A DNA stretch of 64,000 nucleotides from IMG/VR virus record IMGVR_UViG_3300028172_000069. One strand, given 5' to 3'. The position numbers were made by a program, and so were the translations under genes. The notes beneath the pieces were generated by a model. The model was given only the letters and a program-made list of their open reading frames with translations. It did no database searches and was not told the DNA's origin. This document shows, piece after piece, positions 63,560-64,000 of this stretch (positions within the stretch are counted from its first letter, which is position 1; each line of letters opens with the position of its first letter). Source of the stretch: a virus. Its lineage: Duplodnaviria > Caudoviricetes.

Positions 63560-64000
63560 ATGGCCAAGAACGACGTCTCCATCAACAAGAAGCAGGAAGT
63601 CTCCCGCCTGCGTAAAGAAGAACGTGCTGCCAAGGGCACCGTTGCTTCGCTCGAAAAAGCCCTGAAGCAAGCTCAGGAAGGTCTGAAAGCCACCCAGGCT
63701 CAGATCAAGGTCGTCGAGAAGCTGGAAGGCGGCGAAGCTGCTCCGGCGAAGTCGAAGTCCGAGAAGGGCGGCAAGAAAGCCAAAGCCGAAAAAGGCGAAG
63801 GCAAGAAAGCCAAGAAAGAAAAGGGCGAGAAAGCCGAAAAGGGCGCCAAGTCCAAGAAAGCCGACAAGGCTGAAAAGGGCGACAAGAAGTCCAAGTCGAA
63901 AGACAAGGGCGAGAAAGCCGAAAAGGGCGCCAAGTCCAAGAAAGCCGACAAGGCTGAAAAGGGCGGCAAGAAAGTGAAGGCTGACAAAGCCGAGAAAGAA
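63560..64000 (+). CDS. Lys-rich repeat protein, partial (not in ORF track)
   Basis: AGGA RBS; MAKNDVSINKKQEV...; 61-nt direct repeat at 63821 and 63905 (KGEKAEKGAKSKKADKAEKG). Confidence 0.8.
   Translation, partial: MAKNDVSINKKQEVSRLRKEERAAKGTVASLEKALKQAQEGLKATQAQIKVVEKLEGGEAAPAKSKSEKGGKKAKAEKGEGKKAKKEKGEKAEKGAKSKKADKAEKGDKKSKSKDKGEKAEKGAKSKKADKAEKGGKKVKADKAEKE

Overview
Fragment of a GC-rich jumbo tailed-phage genome. The resemblance to PaBG/Lu11/RSL1-type proteobacterial jumbo phages is inferred from gene content only. No host housekeeping genes, rRNA or CRISPR array are present. 1-37.7 kb is almost all minus strand: a >1060-aa SNF2 ATPase missed by the ORF track, HNH nuclease, M15 endolysin, probable virion proteins, H1-like protein, Mre11/DHH/Rad50/DnaX, and a ParB-N / C5-MTase-like / CmoA-like / amide-ligase cluster with the hallmarks of 5-carboxymethylcytosine DNA hypermodification. 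It continues with a 3-kb RNA island (5 tRNAs, a hammerhead ribozyme with an extra T-loop hairpin leading a ~0.6-0.8 kb structured RNA, other structured spacers, a stand-alone ubiquitin-like gene), a Tad2-domain protein and a 1.4-kb non-coding repeat region. From 37.8 kb genes are mostly plus strand: RuvC-like, primase (minus), Cas4-like nuclease, GyrB/GyrA-like, a 4-gene paralog array behind a sigma70-like promoter, 5'-3' exonuclease, an apparently dead LigA-like protein and several poly-Asp or Lys/Ala-rich proteins. Two recurrent upstream motifs (CTGTAAA; CTAATTY) look like phage promoters. All calls are by eye from motifs; no database searches were run, and starts were adjusted using RBS and overlap logic.
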